Shown: positions 50,010-62,020 of the stretch, piece by piece
How positions within the stretch are numbered: position 1 is the stretch's first letter
Layout of the letters: the number at the start of each line of letters is the position of its first letter
Source of the DNA: Eledone cirrhosa
Taxonomy: Eukaryota
Direction of reading: 5' to 3'
Length of the DNA: 64,000 nucleotides
Assembly: GCA_964016885.1 (NCBI GenBank)
Contig: OZ024764.1
Coordinates: 22,878,001 to 22,942,000 of the forward strand
The notes under the pieces: generated by a model
Told to the model about the DNA's origin: nothing
Databases searched by the model: none
Seen by the model: only the letters and a program-made list of their open reading frames with translations
Translations under genes and position numbers: made by a program

Positions 50010-51377
50010 ATGTCGAAAAATATAGTAAAATCACCATTCCACTGTGATATCTGTGGCAAATCATTCTCTCGTAGTAATCAGCTAACTACTCACAAACGTA
50101 TTCATACAGGAGAGAAGCCTTATAAGTGTGATATCTGTAACAAATCATTCAGTCACAGTAGTAGCGTCAGAGTTCACAAACAAATTCATACAGGAGAGAA
50201 GCCATATCACTGTGACATCTGCGGTAATTCATTCTCTCAGAGTAATCACCTAACTACTCACAAATATATTCATACAGGAGAGAAACCATATCACTGTGAC
50301 ATCTGTGGTAAATCATTCTCTCATAGTCATCACCTAACTACTCACAAACATATTCATACAGGAGAGAAACCATATCACTGTGACATCTGTGGTAAATCAT
50401 TCTCTCAGAGTCATCACCTAACTACTCACAAACGTATTCATACAGGAGAGAAACCATATCATTGTGACATCTGTGGTAAATCATTCTCTCATACTAATCA
50501 CCTAACTACTCACAAACGTATTCATACAGGAGAGAAGCCTTATAAGTGTGATATCTGTAACAAATCATTCAGTCACAGTAGTAGCGTCAGAGTTCACAAA
50601 CAAATTCATACAGGAGAGAAGCCATATCACTGTGACATCTGCGGTAAATCATTCTCTGGCAGAAGTAGCTTTGTTAAACACCATCGTATTCATACAGGAG
50701 AGAAACCATATCACTGTGGCATCTGTAGTAAATCATTCTCCTACAGAAGTAGCTTTGTTAAACACCATCGTATTCATACAGGAGAGAAGCCATATCACTG
50801 TGACATCTGTGGTAAATCATTCTCTCAGAGTCATCACCTAACTACTCACAAACGTATTCATACAGGAGAGAAGCCATATCATTGTGACATCTGTGGTAAA
50901 TCATTTTCTCGTAGTCACCTAACTACTCACAAACATATTCATACAGGAGAGCACCCATATCACTGTGATATCTGTGATAAATCATTCTCTCATAGTGGTA
51001 ACTTAACTATCCACAAACGTACTCATACAGGAGAGAAGCCATATCACTGTGACATCTGTGGTAAATCATTCTCTCATAGTAATACCTTAGCTATCCACAA
51101 ACGTACTCATACAGGAGAGAAGCCATATCATTGTGACATTTGTGGTAAATCATTCGCTGACAGAACTAGCTTAGCTACCCACAAACGTACTCATACAGGA
51201 GAGAAGCCATATAACTGTGACATCTGTGGTAAATCATTCTCTCATAGTAATACCTTAGCTACCCACAAACGTACTCATACAGGCGAGAAGCCATATCCCT
51301 GTGACATCTGTGGTAAATCATTCAGTCACCGTAGTAACTTAACTACCCACAAACGTACTCATACAGGAGTACTCTGA
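50010..51377 (+). CDS. C2H2 zinc-finger protein G2, 455 aa, 16 tandem fingers, no effector domain
   Basis: Same N-terminus as G1 (MSKNIVKSPFHC); fingers 2=7 and 5=10; finger 11 is one residue short. Confidence 0.93.
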   Translation: MSKNIVKSPFHCDICGKSFSRSNQLTTHKRIHTGEKPYKCDICNKSFSHSSSVRVHKQIHTGEKPYHCDICGNSFSQSNHLTTHKYIHTGEKPYHCDICGKSFSHSHHLTTHKHIHTGEKPYHCDICGKSFSQSHHLTTHKRIHTGEKPYHCDICGKSFSHTNHLTTHKRIHTGEKPYKCDICNKSFSHSSSVRVHKQIHTGEKPYHCDICGKSFSGRSSFVKHHRIHTGEKPYHCGICSKSFSYRSSFVKHHRIHTGEKPYHCDICGKSFSQSHHLTTHKRIHTGEKPYHCDICGKSFSRSHLTTHKHIHTGEHPYHCDICDKSFSHSGNLTIHKRTHTGEKPYHCDICGKSFSHSNTLAIHKRTHTGEKPYHCDICGKSFADRTSLATHKRTHTGEKPYNCDICGKSFSHSNTLATHKRTHTGEKPYPCDICGKSFSHRSNLTTHKRTHTGVL

Positions 51378-51692
51378 CAGTAGTACCTTAACCAAGCATG
51401 TGTGTATTCCTACAGAAGTTTAGCTGTATCAATATCAAACTCATTACATCATACTACAACAACAACAACAATTGTGTAGATCCATCATCCTGGCTAAAAC
51501 TGGGGTTAACCTTGTAGGTTTTACCTATGACAGGGATCATAAACACCAGGTTTCCATTTTTGAAGTAGTGTTTGAAGATTTTGTGTAAATTGAAGTTTTT
51601 CACATTAAACTTTGATTTATTATACTTTAACAGGTAAGATATATATTTGTATTTTCAGTAAAGGTTGGGAACTTCTGTAATTTAAACCTGCC

Positions 51693-51698
51693 AATAAA
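51693..51698 (+). terminator. Candidate polyadenylation signal of G2
   Basis: AATAAA at the position matching G1. Confidence 0.5.
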
Positions 51699-52451
51699 AT
51701 GAAAGCTTTTGTTGTTGTTAGTCAGACATTGATATTAATTCTATTGTCCTGTACATTGTCTCAAATATCACAGATTAAACAGATTTTAACAATAACAACA
51801 GAAATCAATAACTTGTAAGCCTAATATCTAGCTTCCATTTTAACTATTTGATATTGTTGTTCCTCTCCTATCTCTTCAGGTCTTTTAGATTTCAACTTCT
51901 ATCTACTGTACTATTCCATCACCAAGGCAACATTCATCTTGCTGGCAGCTTACATCAACTACAGATCTCATCAGTGGTTCACAACAGGCTGTCTGAAAGA
52001 AACTTGCAGATATCTTCTATATCATAGCTATCAATCTCCTCCTCCTTATCATATGTACCACTCTCACAGTCCCTCTAGATCTTATATTTAACAGGGAGAT
52101 CTTTTACTCTCCAACCCTTCTATCTCCAGATAGTCTTGTATCTGTCAGTCCCTCTAGATCTTACACCTAGTATCTAGTCTATGTTGAGTGGTACGTCCTT
52201 CTCCAGTAAAGGAGTTAATATTCCCAACCATCTGTCTATCCTGTTTTCTGATGAGAATGAAGTGAATCTAGTTTATCTCTTCACCTGATTGAAGTAACTA
52301 GATCAAGTAACTAGATGGTTTCCTGTAAGTTAGTGTTGCAGTGTTTGTGTCACCATGTAAGGTTTATATCTATTTTATATAGAGATGTAGTAAAGTTTTC
52401 ACTGTTGTATCTCTATTTTCTAAATATCTTAATGTTTCTCTACTATTTCAG

Positions 52452-52819
52452 AATATCACAGGACCTTGACAGAAAAGAGTCTTTTAAAGACAACAGAAAG
52501 ATGTTACATACAAGTGATATAAACTTGTTTAGTCTGTGGTGAATTATGGTGAAATATTTCTTCTGAATTGTGATAAATAACAACATTTTCCTTTTTCACT
52601 GTCTGGAATATTTACAAGATGATTTTACATTCTGATTAAACTTTGGATATTTACAAAGGAGTTTTCAAAATATTTGGATATTGACAAAGATCACATTTGA
52701 TAAAGTTATGAACAATAGAAATATTTACATCAACATAGGAATATTTTCCAGAAGAGATGGGAAAATCATTATACCACTGTAATATTTGTGGTAAAGTATT
52801 CTCTCTTCTTTATATGTAG
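52452..52819 (+). pseudogene. Orphan zinc-finger exon stub (copy 5)
   Basis: Acceptor ends at 52451; ATG at 52757 reads MGKSLYHCNICGKVFSLLYM*. Confidence 0.7.
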
Positions 52820-52947
52820 AACATCTAACTAAACACTTTAACTAACAAACTATTGTGCTATAGAATTGACAAACTTGAACAATGTTTAATAAATGTTACA
52901 GATTTCTCCAAACTGTCGTTTACTAACTTTAATTTGAAGCTATATTA

Positions 52948-53336
52948 TCTATATACTATTAAAACTCTGTGATTGTGTCTTGTCCGTAATTTAATACAGC
53001 TAAAACAGTGCATAATGGGGAAATACTTTGAAAAGAATAAAACAAGTTTTGTATAAAATGGAGCACAGGTTCCCAAGATACGGGGTTTTCTGGGTACCTT
53101 CATAAATATAGGGAGAGAAAGAGATAGTGGTTGTGAGAGTGAGGAGACAGATGAAAGAGAGAGAGAGAGAGCTGCTGGTGTTGTTTAATAAAATGTCTGC
53201 GTATATATATATACATATGTGTCTATATATATATATGTCTGTATATTTTAACTACTTGAAAATTATTTTTAAGTGAACATGATTTTAAAATAATAGTTTT
53301 AAGGGAACGTGACCCAACAGGTCGCGGGTGGTCTAG
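52948..53336 (+). mobile_element. Non-autonomous Helitron-like element
   Basis: A|TC...hairpin...CTAG|T. Confidence 0.7.
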
Positions 53337-53737
53337 TTTGTTACTAAATACTAGATATTAGAGGGTCATGTTCTAGATGTGCTGGAAGAGCTATTCCATC
53401 TTGTGAGGCTCACACCAGCAGCTAGCCATCTCAGCACCTATGGTGGTATATTTATTATATTATTTATTCTTTACCATTAACATTAATATAAAAGATAATT
53501 ATATATTTTTAGAGAAGAACCTCTAATTTCATATAGCTTAGGGCTTCAGTAGGTAAAAGTCTGGCCCTGCTTGTCCTGTATTTTTTAGGGGAGAAGTTAG
53601 GGAATACTGTTATTGTGTGAAAGTTTTCTAAATCTTCAGCCACTAACATGGAGAAGATATTTCAGTAAGAAGGTTCACATCCTGACATCTATAGCTGTTA
53701 ACAATGAGATTGGAATTCATTATAAAACAAATGTTAT

Positions 53738-54475
53738 ATCATCATCACTGTTTAACATCAGTTTTTTCACACTGGCATGGGTTAGACGAGTTATCCTGTT
53801 GTAAGCAAGGCCAGGTCAGGTGATCACGTGTTGCATATACAGATCAAATTTTGGATTGGTTTCTACAGCTGGATGCATCAACCTTATTTACATTAAGTAC
53901 TGGGTGCATTTTACCATTTCACCATCACGACCACTTTACAGTGTGGGCTGGGTGCTTTTTGTTATGACAGCTACATGACCACTTTAAAGTGTGCGTTGGG
54001 TGCTTTTTGTTGTGACACCTACATGACCACTTTACAGTTTGGACTGGGTACTTTTTGTTGTGACACCTACATGACCACTTTACAGTGTGGGCTGGGTGCT
54101 TTTTGCCGTGACACCTACGCAACCGCTTTACAGTGTGGGCTGGTTTCTTTTTGTCATATCACCTACATAACCGCCTTATAGTGTTGGCTGTGTGTTCTTT
54201 GCAGTGTGGGTTGGGGGCTTTTTGTCATATCACCTACATGACCACCTTATAATGTTGACTGTGTGTTCTTTGCAGTGTGGGCTGGTTTCTTTTTGTCATA
54301 TCACCTACATGACCACCTTATAGTGTTGGCTGTGTGTTCTTTGCGGTGTGGGCTGGTTTCTTTTTGTCTTATCACCTACATGACCACCTTATAATGTTGA
54401 CTGTGTGTTCTTTGCAGTGTGGGCTGGTTTCTTTTTGTCATATCACCTACCCAACCACTTTGCAGTGTGGGCAGT
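53738..54475 (-). repeat. RTE/SINE tail with 48/71-bp minisatellite
   Basis: Paralog of 1935-2660. Confidence 0.8.
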
Positions 54476-54506
54476 GAAATATCAGTAATGCACCAGCTCC
54501 AATATT

Positions 54507-55015
54507 CAGTAATCAGAAGAAGGGAGGTAGGCATAAAAGCCAAACTTGCTGTCTTCAATTAGATTTTTGTGCCAACCCTTACCTATGGTCACATATCTTG
54601 GGTAATGACCAAAATAATATGATTGGGAATACAAATGGCAGATATGGGATTCCTCTGAAGGGTCTTTGAAGGAACTTTTCTCAATAAAGTGCATAGCTCT
54701 GAGATCAGAGAGTCACTCCAGGTGGAGCTGTTACTTCTCCTAATTGAGAGATCACAGCTGCAATACTATGGCCATGTGGTTAGAATGTCTGAGGAAAGAA
54801 TCACTGGATAGATTTTACAGGCAAAACTAACCGGCAGGAGACCCAGGGGTAGACCTGAGCAAGATGGTCACATAACATCCATGAGCTTGGCTGGTCTCTC
54901 TGGGAGATCCAGCCAGATCAGATGGAGTGGGTTGCTTCTGACAGGACCTGTTGAAGGGAGTGTTTGAGGACTCTGCCCCCAAGACCCTTTATGGAATAAG
55001 TGGGTTAATAAGAAG
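54507..55015 (+). mobile_element. RTE (Expander/Rex3-like) fragment
   Basis: Paralog of 2690-3200. Confidence 0.8.
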
Positions 55016-55306
55016 AGGTTGAGGTTACATCATCAACATCAGATTTCCCTGCTAGCAAGGGTTTAATGAGTCTACTTCAACCAAGTAAGTACTGAAGTGA
55101 GGCTACTGATCTCTAGACAGACCAAGGATCTGAGACTTGTTTACATAAGGTCTCATTAGCTACTGAGTGCACAGAAAAGGTTGTCATGTCTTTGTCATGA
55201 TTGAAGGGTTCTCCGACACTATTGTCGGGCAAGCTTTCTATGGCTAGATGTCCTTCACATGACCAACCACATTACAGCCTGTGTTGGGTGTGTTTATCAT
55301 GTAGGT

Positions 55307-57672
55307 GAGGCATAACAAACTGAGGGTTCCCCAAGGTCCACATAGGTCACACGTGTTGTCTGAGGGTTGCACACTACAACTAATTATGTACACGACAACT
55401 AATTAAAGTTATTTAATAAAATATATTGCAGAAAGATTTGTTACTTAAATTTAGAAACATACAATGTACATACAAATGTTTTAGCAGCATTCATGAATAC
55501 AAAGTAATGAAGTAGTTTGACAAAAAACTAAAATTTCACATGTCAACATACACTTGCAGATTGTAACAGCAACAAATACATTGTACACAAATAACAACAG
55601 TTGAAAACTGAACATTTATTTGCTACTATTCAACCATTTTTAGTGTTTTGTCCTGAGGCTTGACACTTCTTTCTGTTGACAATGTTTGGTATGTCTGGCT
55701 GAAATGTTTGTACAGTTCCAACTTTGATCAGATGACAAGTGTTGATCAGTCAGCCTTGTTCTCTGAGAAGTTTTTGTTAATTTCATGAAGGAAAATAACT
55801 GTCCACTCACATAGGTAGAACCAACAATGCCATAATCTTTGTGACAAACTTTCTGATGTTAATAAACTGTTCAGGAAGGTATGAAAAGAAACCAGGTATC
55901 CCCACTACAAGATACTTTGTTCTGAGTGTAGAATCTGACTGCATTTCCAATAGTTCCATCTGCAGGCATTCTTCTGCCTTCATCAAAGGTGAATGGTGCT
56001 GAGAATAATGTAAACTGATGTTCAAAAAATGAGAAATCACAAAATCTTTCCTGAAATTTCTTTAACAACAATTCCAGCTGACTGTCATACTTAGCTAAGC
56101 TAAATACAGACTCAGTATGGGCAGTGTTTTTCAGTTCTTTGCACATAGGAAAATGAATTAAATTTTCATCTGACGACGGAGATTTCCATAAGCTTAGTTT
56201 TCTAATGAAGCACTTGATGTCATCATTCAACTGATTAATGGGTTTGTGTTAACCTTGTAATTTCAAATTAAGATCAGTTAATTGTGCAGTAATATCCACA
56301 ACAAAAGCCAGATGTTGGAGCCAACTTTCATCTTTTATTTCATCTGTGTTTTAACCTTTTATCTCCAAAAACACAATTATTTCTTTTCTCAACAAATAGC
56401 ATCTTTTCAGCACTTTGTGACATGTCAACCAGCAGACTTCTGTGTAGAATGGAACATCGGCGAACTGATTATCCATATCTTACAACAACTGGCTGAACTG
56501 ACGGTGGTTGAGAGCATGGCCTCTGATTTAGTTCACTGTCTTTGTGACCAAGCTAAGCACATGATGCAATTTTAAAATCTTTGAACATAAATTTTGCTGA
56601 TGAATAATAGTGAAAATGTGAAAATGATGAATCTAGATATGAGTTTTCTATTTTTGTTTGTAACTTGGCAGCAACACCATTATGTCTACCAACCATATTT
56701 GCAGCACTGTCAGTAGATAAACATGCAAGTTTACTCAGATCAAAACCATGCAAACCCTGCTTGACCTTCTCAAAGATGTCCTGGCTTGTTATAGTGTCAT
56801 GCATGGGAACCAGTTCAATCAGTTCTTCATAAATATTAAATTCACTGTCACAGGTCCTGGTGAAGAATGCAAGCTGTACTGTTCCAGTGATGTCAACAGT
56901 CTCTTCAATAGCAATAGAAACATGTTCAAACCTTGATGATACAGCCTTTATCTTGTTTCAGATCACCTGACATTTCATTAATCTGTTCAGCAACAGTGTT
57001 CCTGGTTAATGAAATGTCTTTGAATAACTCTGCTTTCTCTGGACAATTTAAGCTGTTTTTACAAGACATTACTTTACAAAATCTCCTTCACTCTAAGATT
57101 TCCCACTCATGGCAATCATTCGACTGAGTTCATAGCTTGCATTAACAGAAGTGACATTCTCTTCCTGAGTTAACATAAAAAAGGGCTGTTGCTGTGTCAA
57201 GTTAACCTTCAATTCCTTGAGTCTTGAAACACACATTGGGCCTTCATATTTATCGTAAGATCGAGGGTTTCTTTCATAATGTCTTTTTAAATTGTACTCT
57301 TTTGTCGTGGCGATGTAGTTGTTGCAAATTAAACAGTGTATCTTTCTGTTCACCGTTGGGCAAAAATACTGTAATTCCCACTTTTCTTGAAACACTTGCC
57401 CTTCTTCGTTCAATTTCCTTTTTCTCTTAGCTGGAGGAGCACTAACCATTTCAAAAACAAAAACTTTTGAAATTTTGAAAGAAAGTTTTCTGTTAATGAG
57501 CTGCACGTGATTAATGGAAGTTAAAAGTAGTTGACAAAAATTGCACAAAAAAAATAATTGTATCGAAAATGTTTTAAATTTTATATTACGAAAATGAAAC
57601 ATGCTCGCACTGTAAAAACCTTTGTGTGGGCCGCAGGTTTGCTTGCAAAGGGCTGCATGTTTGACATGTCTG
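55307..57672 (-). mobile_element. hAT transposon copy 3, both termini present
   Basis: TSD ATGTAGGT at 55299-55306 and 57673-57680; frameshifted transposase. Confidence 0.92.
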
Positions 57673-57829
57673 ATGTAGGTTACCAACACTAGGGAGGGCA
57701 ACATGTCCTTCAGTGTGTTCTGCTACATTAACTACCAGGAGGTCACCACATGAGACAAAGACTACATTTCAAAGAGGGGTCATAAAAGAACTAAATACGA
57801 AAGTACCCACAGCAACAAGCAAATAATTG

Positions 57830-58236
57830 AGCTTTGGGTCTGGGTCAAGGGGCAGAAGTGCTGCGCCCTGTGGATAAGACTGCAAAAGTATTCGCCCCGG
57901 GTGATGGACAGTGACACCAACTGCAACAGCCACCCCAACCTCATGGGACTCCCTCTTCAGAAGAGCCACCAACGTTCTGATCTTACAGAGGAGCTTGGCA
58001 GTACGGGGTCCAAGTACTTCTGAGGTCTTGATGGTGACCGGTGTGAAGAGACCTACAATTGATGTCATCCCAGTTATGTTGGACTGTAATATACTGGGGT
58101 ATAGAGAGGCCTTAACCTGTCTCAGCCGGGCCACCCAGGGTTGTGTCATCTAGATACTAGACAGGGGTGACTAGACCATGTTGTCAACTGTCAGCACCAA
58201 TAGGAGTGACGCGAGTGGGTCCCCTTGCTAGACACC
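57830..58236 (-). mobile_element. CRE-like non-LTR relic, copy 3
   Basis: Paralog of 5700-6100. Confidence 0.6.
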
Positions 58237-58479
58237 ATATATAAAACATATTTGCTAATTACTTTAATGAATAATTTGTTTCATACGTAATTATTACTTT
58301 TAACACAATAGGATTTTGTACACGTGTTTGTTTGAAAACATCTTTCAAAGAAGTATGAGACAGTCTTTTGTAGTGTTTATTATAACAAATTACTGTATGT
58401 TGAGCTGTTTTAACTTCTCCACCTTCTATTATTTCATATTGTTTTTGTAAAAAATCAGATCTTTTTCATATATATATAT

Positions 58480-58695
58480 GAAGGCGTGTGGCTGAGTGGT
58501 TAGAGAATTGGATTCGGAATTGTGAGGTTGTGAGTTCGATTCTCAGACTGGGCGATGCGTTATGTCCTTGAGCAAGACACTTTATTTCACGTTGCTCCTT
58601 CTACCTGGAGTTGCGACCGATAGATAGTATTAGCAATTGGAAAGAAAAATGGAAACATTGTTTCCTCGGTCCGATTTGACGAAAAGTCGATCATA
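58480..58695 (+). mobile_element. tRNA-derived SINE
   Basis: Paralog of 6345-6555 with A and B boxes. Confidence 0.75.
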
Positions 58696-59669
58696 AAAAA
58701 TATATATAGAGAGAGAGAGAAACACAAACATACACTACTGTATTACATATGTAAGGGGAGATAACTCTCGTTACATCCCACCCCCCCCTTCTTTTTGATA
58801 TACGCACTTTAAATACTTTGTTCAATGGAATCTGCTTTATTTTGTCCTAAGTAGATTTCTGTTTAAGTATTTACGAGATTCACAATGATTCACGTAACCA
58901 AGTTACTTACATAGAGATATATTTCACATAGAATCACAACAAATGAAAATATTAAGTCAACACTCTGTCAATCAGTCTCACATCACATGGGGTGCTGGAG
59001 TCTCCCTCTAATACTTTCTGAGACAGTCTTACCTCGAGTGATAGCAAGGCTAAGATGTTGGAACTACCAAACACCCTCATATGTATCACCTGACACCTCG
59101 GTAAGGAGAACTGCCAACGATAACAAGAACCTCGTTGTCAGGGACCTATCTCCTCCAAACTTCTCCAACACCACAGACTAGAATATTCTACTCTTTATTC
59201 CCTATCAAATATATTTCAGTCTAGTCATTTATCTTGTATCTTGTATATGTATTTTCAAAACTAACTGTCACATTTGTGAGACCCCAGTTAGTGATGTTTT
59301 TGTCTCCCTCCCACATCCTACATGCTGTAGTAAAAGTGAGGGTCACTGCTTCTGTAGACGAACGAAATAAAAGTTAAACTACCAGTAATTATCGGCAAAG
59401 TATTTATTCCAGTCTGTGATGTTTGAGAAGCTGGGCTGTGACAACGAAGTTGTGGTCACTGTTGGCGGCTGGCTTTACCGAAGTACCCGATGACTCTTGT
59501 GAGGGTACTTAGCTGTTCTGGCGGTTTAGCCTCCACATGACCCGATCTTACCGAGATACCCGGTGATCTCTGTAAGAGTACTTAGCTGTTCTATTTTAAT
59601 TACATTTACTGTTTTCATCTTCATTTTTTATATTACAAACTTTACATAATTTAATTCCGTAAAAATATT

Positions 59670-59804
59670 TTTACGTCACAAAAAAAACATTGAAGCATGC
59701 GCAGTGGTGCAGTTGTCGACTTCCTGTCCACGTGTCAGTCTTCCTACAACATTATTTAGACAACATTTCTGTAAATACTAAACACCTGAGACTATAATGT
59801 AAGT
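59670..59804 (+). promoter_or_regulatory. Putative promoter and exon 1 of G3, donor at 59799; coding exon expected beyond the window
   Basis: Near-identical to 8335-8467. Confidence 0.55.
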
Positions 59805-60197
59805 ATTATGTCTATTAATATTGTAGATTTAAGCTCACTTTTCACATCACAAATATATATTTTCTTGTTTGTTTCATTACTGGAAATATAAAATGTTATC
59901 GTAATTATCTATATTTTACCTACCTCTAATTAATTAAAGTGAAAACTTTTGTTGTTGCTGAAAAATAAATTAACAAAACTAAATATTTAAATATTCTAAA
60001 GGTCGTTTTTATATTATGTGATGATATAATTAATATATTTTATTACAATTGTATAAATTTACAGTAGAATAACGTTGTAAATATGTTTTAAATATATACA
60101 TAAATAACATAAGTGTGTAAATAACATTATAAATTGCTGGCAATTCCTTGAGAAAGACATTACAAATATATTGTCTAAACTGTGTATAATAATATAA

Positions 60198-61807
60198 TCA
60201 CTAAGAAGAGGGCATCTGTTTGACCCTTTCTCTAAGTTGCGCTAGTATTCTTTCTGTCACTTTCATAACCTGATCCATCAGTTTTATGCCCATATAATTA
60301 CTCCTCTCCAGAACATCCCCTTTACTTTTACCTCAATTTATGAGAATACTGCTGCACCAGTCTTTGGGTATGACACCACCATATATAGCTTGATTAATGA
60401 TGCATGCAACCACTTTACTTCCTACATCCCCTGATGCGTTCAGCATCTCAGCAACTATCCCCAACAGTCCAGCAGACCTCCATTTTTCCTTTCCTTAATT
60501 ACTCTTGGACCCTATAGTCGTCAATCTCAATAGCTGGTCCTTCTGTCGGGTCTACTGAAGGTAGACCCGACATTTCCAGGCCTCCCTTTTCTGATCATTC
60601 GTGACACTAAGTACATCGGCATCATCCCGGACACATTTATCTCCAACAACATCCTGATTTGCACTGACACACTGCCTTGCAATGTGGAACACTGCACGCC
60701 TCTGATCTTCCCGTCGCAGAACATTGGCAAACCTCCTACTCTCAGCCTCCCTGCGTGCTAAGTAGACCTGACATCTAGCTTCTCTCTTAGTGGCTGTGTA
60801 TCGGTCTCTACCCCTACAATTTTTCCAAACATTCCATGCTAGTCTTTTGTCTCTAATGGCTCTATCTACCGTGCTGTTCCACCACCAGGTCACTCTGTGT
60901 CTGGTTGGAACTCTGCTCCAGCCACAAGTTTTATGAGTAACCTGCAGTAAGTTGTCACGTAAGAAATTCCAGTTATCATCTATGTCATACGACGCTAAAA
61001 CGTCTTCTTTTTCATCATACACATCTTGAAGGGTTTGCCTAAATTTATATTTTAGTGAAAGGTCTTTTAGTTTCTAGACCTTCCTTTTTCACACCTTCTT
61101 GTATGTCTCTCTTTGTCTCTTGCTTACTGAGATATCACTAACAACTAACTTATGTTGGGGGGGTTACATTGTTCCCTGGGGTATGCCTTAGCATTTGACA
61201 CCATCTATCTGTCTTACTCCCTAACTAGGAAGAAGTCAATCTGTCTCATGTGCTCACCTGATTGGTAGGTTATTAGGTGGTTGGTAGGTTTCTTGAATTG
61301 TTGCAAATGGTTAGTTCACTTGCATCACAAAATACAAGAAGCCTCACTCCTTCTTCATTTCTTGAGCCATAACCATGACCACCATGTACCCCAGTGTATC
61401 CATCCTGGAGCTGTCCAACATGACCATTGAAGTCCCCTGCTATTATAACTAGATCTCTGTCCTCTGTCGTTGTGGTTATCTCTACTTATTCCTTTTCTAC
61501 ATATGGAGCAGGGCCACTTTCCTCAAGGGGTCAGGGTCTTCTCTCCTATCCATTAGCACTTTAGTTTTGGCTAAGTATATTCTCAGAACTTACCATTTCA
61601 AATTCTATATCTATAGCTGGTCATCTACATAGAGAAGTTTCCATAGACAGCCAGTCTTAAACCTCTCTGTTATGGCTTGCAGAACTATGATGAACAACAG
61701 TGGGCTAAGAACTAAACCATGATGAACTCCTACCTGTACCTTCAATTCCTCACTAAACACACTTTACTGACAGCTTTTCACAAGTCATTCTTCTACACCT
61801 AATTTCT
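60198..61807 (-). mobile_element. RTE relic of the G3 intron, truncated by deletion
   Basis: Near-identical to 12369-13977. Confidence 0.88.
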
Positions 61808-61811
61808 TTAA

Positions 61812-62019
61812 CCCTTTAGTATATAAACTGGCCATATCTGGCCAGAATTCTCCCACATCTTTCTGTTCAAACTGGCCGTAACTGGTCACTTATACTTATG
61901 TTAAGGTATTGTTCTCAAATTAAGTAACATCAAAATCTCATAGATTTGATATTATGAGAGATAAAGCATTTACTGTGAAAATATAATAGTAAATATCGAG
62001 TAATGTGAATACTAAAGGG
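61812..62019. mobile_element. piggyBac-type MITE, copy 3
   Basis: TTAA TSD and CCCTTTAGTAT TIR. Confidence 0.85.
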
Positions 62020-62020
62020 T

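Noticed and set aside
50548-50841. Overlapping alternative-frame ORF in G2
   Set aside because: Off-frame reading of the 84-bp finger repeat
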